Below, piece by piece: positions 37,760 through 49,952 of a stretch of DNA of 64,000 nt. How positions within the stretch are numbered: position 1 is the first letter of the stretch; each line of letters begins with the position of its first letter. The DNA lies in assembly GCA_977016875.1 (NCBI GenBank), contig CDRNST010000036.1, positions 2,728,001 to 2,792,000 of the forward strand. The letters are read 5' to 3'. This DNA is from Pavona decussata (Eukaryota). A program made the translations under genes and the position numbers. The notes beneath the pieces are model-generated. The model did no database searches and was not told where the DNA came from. It was given only the letters and a program-made list of their open reading frames with translations.

Positions 37760-37942
37760 CAATGCCGAGTTCCAGAAAGTATCTGTACTCTTCCACAGAA
37801 GTTTTTTTTTTTCATCTCCTCCCTCCTCCCAGGAAATGCCAGTTCTGCTTCTAAATTCTAGGTTTTTAAAACCCCCACCCTCTAGGAATTTCCAATGCCC
37901 CTCCATAGGGTGGGTAAGGAGTTTTTCTGGAACTGTACAATG
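37760..37942. mobile_element. Degenerate MITE
   Basis: Imperfect TIRs CAATGCCGAGTTCCAGAAA / TTTCTGGAACTGTACAATG. Confidence 0.5.
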
Positions 37943-38089
37943 TGTAAAATAACTGTTTATATTTTTTATTTAAGCCAGTGGCATATGGTATGTACTGTTA
38001 TGACATACGAACATGCATGCAAGTTTCTACAAGTTGCAAAGTTGCAATGTTCATAGGTAAATGTGCTTAATACTAGTTAACACCCTCTT

Positions 38090-39720
38090 CACATTTTCAA
38101 GTCTTCGTGCAAAGTCAATTAGATTAGCAGCATTGCCTCTTCTTATGTTAAGCTCTCTCAACTTTCTAGAGTGTGCATCGGCCACCATATGGGGTTGACC
38201 AAGATTCTTCATTAGGGTTTTTCAAGCTTCTTCATATCTCTGGCCCATGGGAAGTTTAACACAACTCTTGATCGCATCTTTGGCCTTTCAAGCACACTGC
38301 CAGTAAATGGGTTAATCTCTGAGAATCATCGGTCACCTTGCTCTCGATGTGGTGACGAAAGTTGACAGCAAATTCCTCATATTCTGAAGAGTCTCCTCCA
38401 AACTGCATCAGTTCAATTTTTGGCAGTGAAAGACCTTGCTTGAGTGCTTCAGCTATTGTTAACCATAGAGCCATGTCTGCCTTTGGTTCTGAAAACCATG
38501 CTTGTTGCGCCGACTGCTGCGCGAGTTGTTGAATTGTCTGTAACAAAACATGTTCGAGAGGGGTGTGAAGTGGTTGCTGAACTGACTGAGCTGCAAATGA
38601 TGTACTCACATCGGATTTTCGCTGCTCTCTTAGGTGATGATCTCTAGGTGAAACATTCTCCTTCTGGTTGGCAAAAGAGGGACTCGCTGTTTCTGTCGGT
38701 ACGTGTATCCGAGGGGTGAAGTCACGCTCTTCTGCGCTTAAAGTGGTGTTCTTCTGTGAAGCCAACAGCATAGGTAATGGTACATACGCGGACGATATAT
38801 TGCTCTGAGAAATTACTTACACTGACAACACCTCTGGTTTAACCGTCATGATCATAGGTGGTGCTGAATTTTGAATATTGATTATGTGAGAAGCAAAGGA
38901 AAAAACCTTCAGTGGTAAGCTTAACGGAGGATCTGATACATTAAGATACACAACATGGTGGACAGGGTTGGATTTACCTCGTCTCCTTTACTTCTGTCAC
39001 ATGAGTATTGGCTAAGTAACTCTTCCTCTTCTATCTTCAACTCAACTTCAGTCTTCTTTAGGTCTGTTTCTGCTGCTATCTTTTCTAGTTTCCTCTCCAA
39101 CTCGGCCCTTTTTCTCTTCCTTTTTCCCCTTCCTTTCTTTCTTCCTCTATTTCAAGTTTTCTCCTCTTAAACTCAGCTTCTTGCTCTTCCAAGCAACGTT
39201 CTAAACTCTGTTTCTTTTAACGCCTCTATCCTCAGCCGTCCCTCTTCAACAATTTTCTGCTTCATTTTCACGCTACTAGGAGTGGAACATGAACTTTTTC
39301 TATTTTTAGTTGACCGACACAAATCGCAGCTTGCTTTCGCCCTTTCTTTCGTGTGGTATTTTATCTTGAATTTCCACTCGCTAATATCAACATCTAGGAG
39401 AAATTTGCGCTCAACCTCGTTCTCATGACTTTCTTTAGCCAGAGCCACCATTCCTTTGTCAGCCTCAAATCGCAAATACTTTCCACGAGCGTCTACGAAT
39501 TTTTGAAAAGCATGTTCATAGTCGTCCATGCCTTGAAATATTTCTTCTTTACTCGCAGCACCAGCAATGAGATCCCGCACTGAATTCAGTCTCTTTGTTA
39601 CATCTCCTTAATGTCTAGCTCTCCTCGCTTTCAAAACAATCGCTCCCTCAGTCTTAAATTCCTCTGAATCGATAATCCTCAACAGCACCATCTGCAACTC
39701 GCCACAAATTCTGACCTGGA
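38090..39720 (-). mobile_element. BEL/Pao gag remnant
   Basis: LPKIELMQFGGDSSEYEEFAVNFRHHIESKVTDDSQRLTHL (DUF1759-like), with a Ser-rich/coiled-coil region upstream. Confidence 0.75.
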
Positions 39721-41399
39721 ATCCGCCTTTTCGGATCGTGTTACCTGATGAGATGAAATAGTATTTTCCCGGTGAGGTTCTTCTATTGACTGCAATTCCT
39801 TCGACAGCGACCAGAAATTAAGGCAACTATTCTAGTACACCCTCAATCCTGTTCGTGACCGTTGTTGCCCTTTTCCTTTTTTTAATCATGTTCCTCTTGT
39901 TCACTTTTGGCCCTTTTCTTTATGCTCTCCATAACATCTGCGGCGCTTGCCACAGCAACCTCTTCAGCTGCATCCAGGCGATATTTGGTATCCCTCAGAT
40001 TAACCCTGGTTACTATTTTTCTATCTCATCGTTGATATCTGTGGTGCATTTCCTCTCTTCTGATTCAGGGTTTTTCAGCTGGGGACCTTTCAAAATATCA
40101 TATACCATATTACATTCATCATCTATACACGAAACTTTAGCATCCCTGAAAAATACGTAAAGAAAGAAACTTTCCTTAGCGTGTTAATGACAACGAGTTT
40201 GCATCGTAACCTAGCATAGTTCGTACCCTAAGGGGGTACTCAGGTATAATAGTGAAGGAAATGCGCGTACGAATACAAATTTTTTTAAACCCCATAAACG
40301 TCCCATAGGCGAAAACTAGACTTGAGTCTAACGGCCAACAAAAATTCAGCCCCAAATATACTAGTCCACACCAGTGATCCAAAATTTCAACCCCAATGTT
40401 CATTTGTACTCACCTATTCTCCACCTTGCTGTCCTTGCCTAGAATGGTTGCGGCTCCTTTCCGCAGTCAATACTGTATACTCCTGTCACCAATATCACAA
40501 TCGCGGTATAGCTCTCATTCCTCTCCAAGGACTTCCCAGTTTCGTTTTAAAAAAGCCAACACTGCTCTCCAGTCCCGTCCGTTCAGTTCAACTGCTCTGA
40601 TAATTAAGCAGTTTTCCACTTGGCTATACTTCTTGTGTGGTGTGTGCGTTTTCTTAGTGCCTTGCTCTGGAAGAGGTTGTTAAAGAGGTACTCATTCTAG
40701 GGCTGGCAGGCATCTCAATCTTCCCTCCCCCCCCCCCCTTAAATGCTGCCCTTGGGAATATGTTATCCTTCCAGTCCATTGTTGTAAGTGCGAGAAACAA
40801 CAAAGTTTAGGCTTATATATAACGAATTGTTATAATAAACAACATTCCTATTTGTATTTGACATTGTTTGACATATAGGTGGCAATCTCCTTGCTTCTTG
40901 CTAGTTTGTCTGGTATCCGTCCTCCTTCAAAGAGTGAGAAAAGTGGCTATTGTTGAGAGGGTGGAAAATTACAAGGTATTTGTTTTGCTTCGAACAAACA
41001 ACATTCCCATTTGTTTTTAGCACATGATGTAAGAAAGTCCTTTTGACGCATCTTTTTTTAATAAAAGTGTCTCGTACTTTTACAACATGGAGTATGATTG
41101 GGTCAGCATAATTAAACCATTTTGAATATGAAATTCTAAGATACTGGGGGAGACAAATGCTTGTTGTAAACATGTCTTGCTGACTGGCTAAAAAGACAGA
41201 CTTGTGAGGGTTGTTCTCCCAAGAAATAAAAATGCCCAAAGAAAACTTCCCACCTCCTCCCCAAATATTTCCTTAAAATGCCTACTCCATTATAGTTTCC
41301 TCGATTTAAATCATTTGGCTTCTTGTTTAGTAAATGTGACTCAAGATCAAATGCTTTGTGTTCTTCCACCACCAGTATTTCTGGTCTTCAGCGATAATC

Positions 41400-41835
41400 C
41401 TTGTTTCTTTTTTCCTTGTTACTTATACTCCCGTAGTTTGGGTCTTGTTTCCGTATCTTCATGGAAAAAGATCAAGAGGAAGAGACGTGTGGCACGCTTT
41501 ACAGCTCAACCCTGTAATATTTCGGTACATGATGGGCAGGACACTAGAAACTTTTGAAGAAGTCGTTGAAAATATATACAGAGAAGTAACTTTACCAAGA
41601 CACTGGCCTCGCACCCTGCAGACAGACAGGAGACGACGCTGCATTCTCGATGTGCTCCACGTTCTTGCATTTGTATTCGACATTTCTAAAAGCACTGTAG
41701 CCGAGGAGATTTACCACGTCCTTATTGTTTACAAATTATGATCGTTACATAAAATGGCACTCGACAATGGAACCAATTTTTAGACACATTCCCAAGCTTT
41801 CCAACCGCCCTGGGTATGATTGACGGAAATATTCA
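41400..41835 (+). pseudogene. Harbinger/IS5-type transposase fragment
   Basis: FRYMMGRTLETFEE...LAFVFDISKSTVAEEI (HTH)...FPTALGMIDG. Confidence 0.65.
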
Positions 41836-42027
41836 CCAACCACTTGGGCTGGAGTCACGCAACGCTCCCCGTTCCCATACAGCTGCATTAAACCGTCATA
41901 CATTCCTTTCTAAATAAACCAATCAGTGTGTGGCTTTCATTTTCTGGTGAATGTTCGTGCCTTAAATTTGAACAAATCATCTGGCTCCTTTTATTTGCCC
42001 AGATGATGTAGATCTTTCAGTAACAAA

Positions 42028-42720
42028 ATGGCGGATCTCAAAGAAGGGTTTAATCTTGTAGCGCCAAAATTCGGCATACAGGCTTTAAATTTGCATCAGC
42101 GATCAGCAACATCGAAGTTAATTGAAAGGAAAAAGGATATTTTCCTTAATTTGCTGACTAGCTCCCGAAAATCTCTGATTTTTCAAGCTTTGCCATTAGT
42201 CATGGACCACGTACCAAGTCAGCCAGGCCACATTTGTGTTGTTGTGTTGCCTTTGCTCACTCTAGTGGATGACCAAGTGGAGTATTTGAGAGGCAAGGGA
42301 GTTACAGCGGCGAGTATTAGCTCTTGCACTGAAAAGGAGGCGACTTTGATAGAAAACAGAAACAATTCTGTTGTCTTTGGTTCCCCAGAAGCTTGGATCC
42401 AGAACAAATAGTGGAGAACAATGCTTGGAAATTCTGTGTATTCCAAAACATTATGTGCTTTGGCCATCATCGAAGCCCGTGTAATAAGGCAGTGGTAAGT
42501 TGAGTCCGTAAATATGTGTCTGCTTAATTCTTAACACTCCACTATGCCTTTTAAAATTTTACTCTTGCTTTGCAACGCAAATTGATTGAATACCATCCTT
42601 TCCATTGTTTTTGTTGCAGTTTAAATTTTTGATGTTTATTGGTTTTTCTTTTACAGGGGAACATCCCAAAGCAATAAGATGGCTGTGTTTCGTCATTGCT
42701 ATGGAAGGCTGTGTGAGTTT
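42028..42720 (+). pseudogene. Second RecQ-like (AcademH-type) helicase, N-terminal fragment
   Basis: KDIFLNLLTSSRKSLIFQALP, VVVLPLLTLVDDQV, VFGSPEAW; GT donor after IRQW (~42495), at the same position as in the first helicase. Confidence 0.75.
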
Positions 42721-43299
42721 TGGTCTCTTTGGCTCCCCAACTGCAAATTTACAACAGTTCTGTGAGTGCAGCTCGCACTTTCGTTGAATAGCTTTTTTAT
42801 GATATTGTAAATTGTTTTAAATTTCTTGATTTCAAAAAGAATCTTTAGATTGGGCTCAGCTCAGATTGTCTGTGCAATCCTTCAAAACGTTTTGACATGT
42901 TTGTATGGTAATTCAACATCCCAGTTGTTTGAATTAGATCCACCTTCCCTAGAGGATTTTTTCCTAATCACCCAGCCTTTTGTAACCACCTAACATAAGA
43001 CCCAAAAAAACTGTTCTACATTTACATGGGAAGATACCAGGAAGAGCACATTAATGTCAAATAAAATTAAACTCAACAAAGAAATCGGTTTTATTATGGC
43101 TGTCAGCATCAACGTTAATCTATCCAAAAAAAAGTAAAATTTGAACCTTCCAAAGACGTTGAAATAAAGTTCAAACTACAGTCATCAATTTGAACATCTT
43201 ACACAGTTACACTACTAATATATTGCGTTTGGATCCAGGCCCAGGGAAACTTAGTTGGATAACAACAAAGTAACCTGATACCTGAGGGAATTACAGCAA

Positions 43300-44036
43300 A
43301 ATGGAGTTTGTTTATTTTGGAACTGGTGTTTCAATAACCTTCATCAGTGCTGTAGTTTGCTGCAGCTGTTGGAGCATTAGTAAGAATTCATGTCATGCAT
43401 TTGCTCCTGTTGTTCCGGTTGTTTTTTATCATTTGTTTGAACATATCCCTTTGCTGATTTTGTGCTTCAATGATCTGCTCTTGCTCCTGTTTTCTCAAGT
43501 CCAATTCTTGCTTCTTAACATCCATGTCTTGCTTCGCCTTAAGTTTAAGACACTCTACCGTTTCACTCCCACTTCTTCTGCATTTCTTCACTTTGCTCTG
43601 CCCCTCCTCGGACTTTTTCTTCTGTGTTTTCCCCATTGTCTACATAAGAGTCCTACGCATTTCTTCTGCTTTCAGTCTGTCTCCCTCGATCCTATCCTTC
43701 TTTTCGCCATCTTCCAGGTCGTGCTGCCCATTGGCAGACTCTTCCAGAGCAATAATCTGTTCTATGGCTACGTCTACTTCTTTTATTGTAGGGTTTGTAC
43801 TGCTTTCCTTCAATTCCTTGTCCTTTCGTTTGAATCGTTTTACCAAAACCCCAGTATGGTCTCGAAATGAGCGTAAATATCCACATAAAAAATACAGGAT
43901 CTGTGATGCTGTTTAGGGTAACCGCCACTTTTTGCCACAAGGCACTTCGCTGAACAGATTTCTTCCTTCCTCTGAATGGGTTTACAAAGATTATTTCTTG
44001 GCAAAAAACAGAATCATGTTCCTCCGTCCAGTTCAT
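43300..44036 (-). pseudogene. Myb/SANT-like accessory protein of a Harbinger element
   Basis: MNWTEEHDSVFCQEI...RSALWQKVAVTLNS, followed by a coiled-coil, Gln-rich C-terminus; stops and frameshifts. Confidence 0.7.
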
Positions 44037-44299
44037 AATCCTGCAGACAAAAATAAGCAATGCATTTTTAAATATACGTGTACAACTACAAAAAAATTAA
44101 AGCAAACCTGGAATATTGAATTAGCTTACGTCTAAGAAAAATTAAATCTAGCTTGCCATAGCTTACGCATGTTCATACATAGGCAACACTCTATGGCTTA
44201 CTACATGCTGATGATTTGAACAAAGGATCAAAGAGAAATTATTTATTATCGTATGTACAGTGAAAAATATGTCACTTTGTGCCCCTACAATTCACTGAC

Positions 44300-44364
44300 A
44301 AATTACAAATTTGAAGCAAGTATATGCAATTGGCGTCAAGCGCGGCAACGCATGCAAGCAAGCA

Positions 44365-44395
<31 letters not shown>

Positions 44396-44480
44396 GAACA
44401 GTGGCGTGAGTTTTCTCAACCAATCAAATAGTGTAATAATGCAAAACCAATTACTTTTCGACACCCATCTGAAAACCTTT
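44300..44480. repeat. Fragment of a short interspersed MITE-like repeat
   Basis: ATTGGTTTTGGTTTTACTTCTCATTGG...CCAATCA...AATTACTTTTCGACAC, recognised from memory as a common coral repeat. Confidence 0.45.
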
Positions 44481-44498
44481 TCCATGTGCATTCATAAA

Positions 44499-45960
44499 TT
44501 ACAAGTCCAATCTGGTCGGTGAACGGTTATTTCTTCCTCTGTGGTAGGTGGAGATGGTCGACAAGATCACAGAGTCAGCACAGACAAAACCATTTAGATC
44601 GTTGCTGGAGAAATCCTCCGCAACTGGATCTGTCATACATTCATCACCTTCAATGCAAAGTTCCCTTGCCTCCCTAAAAACACTGACCACTCCTTCGTAA
44701 ATTTCATCTGGTAGTGTTATTTCCTCGCTAGCCGGTAGTGTTAAGGCATCAAGGACCAATCCTACAGCTTCTTTAGGTAAGTCGACTTGATCTTTTCTTT
44801 CAAAAAGAAATATACTTTGCTCAGAGGGAATAAAGATATTGATCTTTGCCGAATGCGATCTATGCTGATCTTGGTGGATATCTTGAGCTGCAACTCCAAG
44901 ATAAAAAGGTGTGGAACTGGTAATTGATCTTTCAGCAATACCGACGAGGCTTGATTTTATAGCCAGAATAGTTTGCCTTTTTTTTAATCTGTCAAATAAG
45001 CAAAAACTGTATTTTTTTGTCTTTTATCGCTAATTCTCTTTCGTACCTTCACAGTAGCTACTGCAAGCGTCTCCTGATGAAACAATCACATTCATGCTAG
45101 TTTCGATTGATACTCCCATGAGGCAGTCAAACAGATTTGAAGTTGTTTGACACGCCTTTCTATTCTTTTCTTTATAAGGTTCCCATCGGTTTTCTTGCAG
45201 GTGTAGTCATTCCCAACAGGTAAAGAAAGTTTATTGTCAAGTGTTGTCACAACTAAAGCAATCGCCTTGACAATGAAAGATTCACAAAGGAAACGTGGAT
45301 CGGGCACAGAATTTTCTTTGGCATAGGTAACACTGACGGGAAACAGTAGTCCAACAAGTTCTTTCACTCGAGGATCAAACTGCAAACCAGGTTTAAGGCT
45401 CATGCCATCAGTAGCTAGTGCTGCAGGTATTACGAGCAGACTGCAACTCTGTAAAAAGGGTAGAACCTCACTATCTTCAAGTTGGGAAAGAAGAAGGTAG
45501 GCGACCAGAAGGCTTTTGATGATTCCATTTCGTGTTGTGTATCTTGCCTTGTTTTTGTCCCTTGTAGTCTTCGAAGGTACAAAGGGCAAGTTCCTATCCC
45601 TCCAGTTAAATTGGAATTTCCGACCACGCCCTTGGTTTTGGTGCCCTGGGCCCCTTATAATTAATAAATTCATAGTTTTGGCTTTCCTGTGAAATTCGAG
45701 AGTTTCCATATATGTGTTTACTGTCTCGTCGTGTGTAAACCGCTCGTGAGGATTTGACAACCTCTGAGCGAATTCAAGCGCGCTCTGTAGAAGACATGGT
45801 TCTGGTCTAGTTTCTTTGGCTCTAACTCCTGTTGCAGCATGATAACGACTGGGTCAAGCTTCTCCAATGCCCTTAAAGCAAAATGTCGCATTTGCTACGC
45901 CCACACACTGTAGAAATATGCTAAACAGGCAATGAATATTTGGCAGAGACATGTATATTG
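44499..45960 (-). pseudogene. P-element/THAP9-like transposase remnant
   Basis: ALATDGMSLKPGLQFDPRVKELVGL resembles the first catalytic-Asp motif of P-type transposases. Confidence 0.5.
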
Positions 45961-46109
45961 TTGAGCCTGTATCTCATCGTCTTGTTTTAGCTGTATACAG
46001 CGCTAAGCTAAGACATTATAAAGCATAGAAAGCTTTATTGGTACTACTATTTAAAATGGCGTGAATCCCTTTAAAGGCATGCTAGTTTCAAGTGTCAACT
46101 TTATTTAAA

Positions 46110-46950
46110 AATGTTTGACAAAAAATACAAAAACAACACTAACCCGCAAATAGCTAGAGCTAATCTAGGCGGGTAGTGAAAAGACTAATTTACAAGAATT
46201 ATTAAAGTTTGAAAAATTTAAATCTATATACGATTTGTTAGTGAGCCTTACATACATTGAAGTAAAGAAAGAAAAGAAAAGAAGTGAACATATGGGGAAA
46301 AAGAAATATAAATTACTATACTCTAAATAGATTGATTTAATTACGATCATGTTGTAGCGTTCAGATTTGAAAACTCAGAGATGAGCACAGATGAGAGTGG
46401 GAATGCCAAAATAATCATCCTCTTTTCTTAAAGTATGGAATAACAGGCGTTTCTCTTCAAGCTGTACTTGGGTAATTTTCGAAGTTCTAGGGAAATACTG
46501 TTCCATATTTTGGCCCCAAGGCGAGAAAAAGATTTAAATTGTTGGTTTAGTCTTGAATATTTAATGAGGAGAATCTCGTATCAGTATATTATGTCTCTCT
46601 TGAAAAGTAAAAAGGATTAGAAATATTACGCGGTGCTAATAATATTTATTAAAAACATTATGCATTAGAGTTTAAATTGGTTGAAAATAAAAAGTATTGA
46701 TCGGGATACTACTAGAGGAGACAAAGAGAGGAATGGTATGAGATCTATAAGGTGCAAAATATATGAGGCAGAGGGCACGTTTTTGTGGAACAAGGATTTG
46801 GGTGAGGTGTGTCTGCGCAGCTTGGCCCCATACAGTAATGTCGTAGGATAAGTAAGGGATATATGAAAGATCTGTAAAGAGCTATCAACGTACTAGTAGG
46901 GGCAAAATGTCTTATTCTGGCGATAACACCAATAGTTTTACTTATGCTCA
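46110..46950 (-). mobile_element. L2 LINE 3' portion
   Basis: ISKTIGVIARIRHF...LYRSFIYP, WG...QKRAL; 3' stem CCCGCAAATAGCT...GCGGG. Confidence 0.75.
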
Positions 46951-49049
46951 TGCTCGAATAACAGGTCAAAGTAACAATCAGCAAATGTATATACTCATGA
47001 ATTTGTAAATAGCGGTAAACCGAGCCAGGGAATTTCAAAACAGACAGAGCCAGAAACTTACAGACATGGAAACGTGTACTCGCTGTCCTCACTTTTGTCG
47101 TTGTCGCTAGTTTCTTTTATGCTTTCCCACTCTACTTCACTCCTGTACAATATGAACAACGATAAAGCGACATCTGAGCATTGTTGTATATTTTTTATAT
47201 TTTTATTTTTATTATATAAATATTTATATATCAATATCCCAACGAGTCTGGTTGATTGTTTACAAAGCTGATCATGACTTTCATTGATTATGTTTAATTT
47301 TGGTTATAATGGTACAGTCTGATTCAACCGCAAAATTTTAATGATAAATGTTTTGACAATTTTTAGTAAATAAATAAGTGAAACTACTTGACAATTAGTA
47401 ATCAGCCTATAATTTTTAATCAATTATTATGGTCTCTCTAGGAAAAATAATATTCTTTATCTCTGTAAGATTGTTCAGTGCGGGGCAAGGCAATAGCCAG
47501 TATTCAGGATTCAGTGGTCATGAAGAGAATGAAGCCTTGGCTTCACTTACAGATTAAGGTCTTCATTCGCTTCTGAAGATGCTGCTTGGATAGTGGCAAA
47601 CATGGTTGCAATATTGCCACTGTGTACGATTGGTTTACAGTTCTTCCAGTGGCGTAGAAAAGATTTATAAAATAATAATGAGTACGTGCGAAGCATATTA
47701 TGGACACCCCATACGACCCTATATATAACAATTGTGTTCATTGGAAATAGGAAGCAATCAGAGACTTAAGGTAGATTTAAAACTGTCTCGCTTTCTAAAA
47801 CCAGTATTAGCATTCTTCTAATGTACTCGGTCATTTCTGTAAAATGTTCTGTGTTCTGGTAGTTTTCCTTTCTTTTCTGCAAGACCTGGAAAGAGGTAAG
47901 TGACTTTTGCATAAAGAACATGTGGATCTATATATGTCACAGATGGACCCATACAAACTAAAAGCATTATATTTGTAAGAACATACAATTGTAGTGTCGT
48001 ACTTACTATCACAGAAATGTTTTGCATAGACATACTCTGACTTTGCATAAAACGTTCAAAGGGCAAATTCTGCTGCTGGGTCCTTTCAAAGTGAAACTGG
48101 TTTGCTTTAGATTGCTCCTTACTGATGTAGTTTCTAAGAGCGTTTAACAGCTGCTTCTTTTTAACTGCCTTTTCAATTTTTCCCTCCGGTCGTCTTTCCA
48201 GCTTGGAAACTTTCTTCATGAATACACTGCAGATTCGGGTAGGGGCTTTGCTGCAAAATTTCTATTCAGTCTTTGAGGTTCGTCCACATCATACGATTTC
48301 CGAATCGCTCCCCCTAATATGTTTGCTAAACTGTCACGGGGTCGGTCCACCTGGTCAGATAGAAGGCCCATGTATGATGAAATAGGAGCGGTCTCACGTA
48401 TTGGTGATATGGTCTTGTGTGAGTGCACGTGGGTTTGTGGACAGGTGTTGGCATTCGGTGTTGAACTTGCCTTAGGTGGACTAGTGTGGGTTGGTGATGT
48501 TTGAGGCGTAATGTTAGTGTGTGAATTTGGTTGCTCTGTGGTGAATTCAGTAATGAGTTGTTTCAGCTTGTGGCAGTGGAATTGGTTTGTCGTTGCTGCT
48601 TTTTGGTTCCGGGATCTTAACGACCCGTGGCTCATCGGTGTCGGTGGAAAGATCAACGACAACTGCATGTTTTGCACCAACAGCATTAACAAATGTTTTT
48701 GCCCTCAGTTAAGTGGCCTCCACATTCGCTGATTGAATCATTGTTTTTTTCCACCAGGGCCATACTTTTTTCTGTTTTTTTTTTTTGGCGGCAGGAGTTG
48801 ACTGGTTGTCGTTGCTTTCTTTCCGCTTGTTATTTTGTTATTTGTTGGAAAGCCAATTTATGATTGGAATGCTAACAATCTCTTTCTGTGAAAAATCGGA
48901 AATGAGAAACCCGAATGAGCCGAAGGTCCTTAGCTGCAAGAGGCGCATCAATTTTTTCCCTGTTCGTGTCATTATTGCTTTGTTGTTGATGGCGTGTGCC
49001 CTCTGTTTTCCAGAATTAGCTTGATATCAGCATAATTATAATAAACACT

Positions 49050-49490
49050 AAAGCCTGCTTTACAGGTACGATCAAGTATAAGCATAAGCACAAGCAAAAA
49101 CATAAGCATATGGTTATGATTATTGCACGTGTTAACATCCTTGTGCTTATGCTTGCGTCGTACTAAGCCTGATATTCACAAGGACATAAGCAGAAGCAGA
49201 AGCAGAAGCACCACAAAAGCAAGTGAGAATGCCCGCGACATAAGCAAAACATAAGCATAGGAAAAGCGAATGCTTTCGCTCTTCTTATGCTTGTGCTTAC
49301 GCTCACGCCGCACTTTTTACTAATGAGAATTGGGGCGATAAAACCATAAACACAAGCGCAAGGCAGTCAACCGTGTCGTCATCTTGATTAACATCGAGGG
49401 GAGCTGGTATTGACAAATCTGTTTTTTTTATGTCTGCGTCTGTCCTTATGCTTATGCTTATGTCCCAGTGAGAGTTTACATTTTCTCTGC
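49050..49490. mobile_element. Non-autonomous DNA element with (ATAAGC)n/(GCTTAT)n subterminal arrays
   Basis: ATAAGC repeats and their reverse complement alternate across 49078-49465. Confidence 0.5.
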
Positions 49491-49952
49491 GACGAGTGAG
49501 GTGAAAATTTAAAGCCAGTTTCATGTTCAAAATCAAACGTCTTGAGTGGATATCTTTTCTGAAGGGTAATTAAATTGGAATCCAACTTCCTCTAGTCTTG
49601 CAAAGTAAACGTAATTAGTGTAGAAAAAAAGACGATTACTATTTTCAATTTGTGAAATTTCTTCCCAATACAATTTTCATACCTTATATTCACAGTAACA
49701 GTGTTTACACTTGACGCTAGTTGAAGGAATAAATCCTTCTGTGGGGTGATACCACCCCTCCACCTGTCTCTATTGAACGAAAACAGGTGGCCGGTCATGG
49801 GCTGATCTAAATTGTTCATATTCCACAGGAATGATGCCATATTCCTCTCTTTAAGTGTTGTCTTAGTAGTGGTGTCCTGTGAATATGGGTGTCTCTAAAA
49901 CGACAACCCTAAGACCCCAAAAACTCGAAAACTAAGACTACAAAAGTGTGAT

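Noticed and set aside
43301-43870. 189-aa plus-strand ORF and similar antisense ORFs (e.g. 22523-23038, 29184-29696)
   Set aside because: Shadows of recognisable minus-strand coding sequence.
47818-48740. Low-complexity ORFs (also 61926-62400)
   Set aside because: They look like decayed coding sequence, but no motif supports a call.
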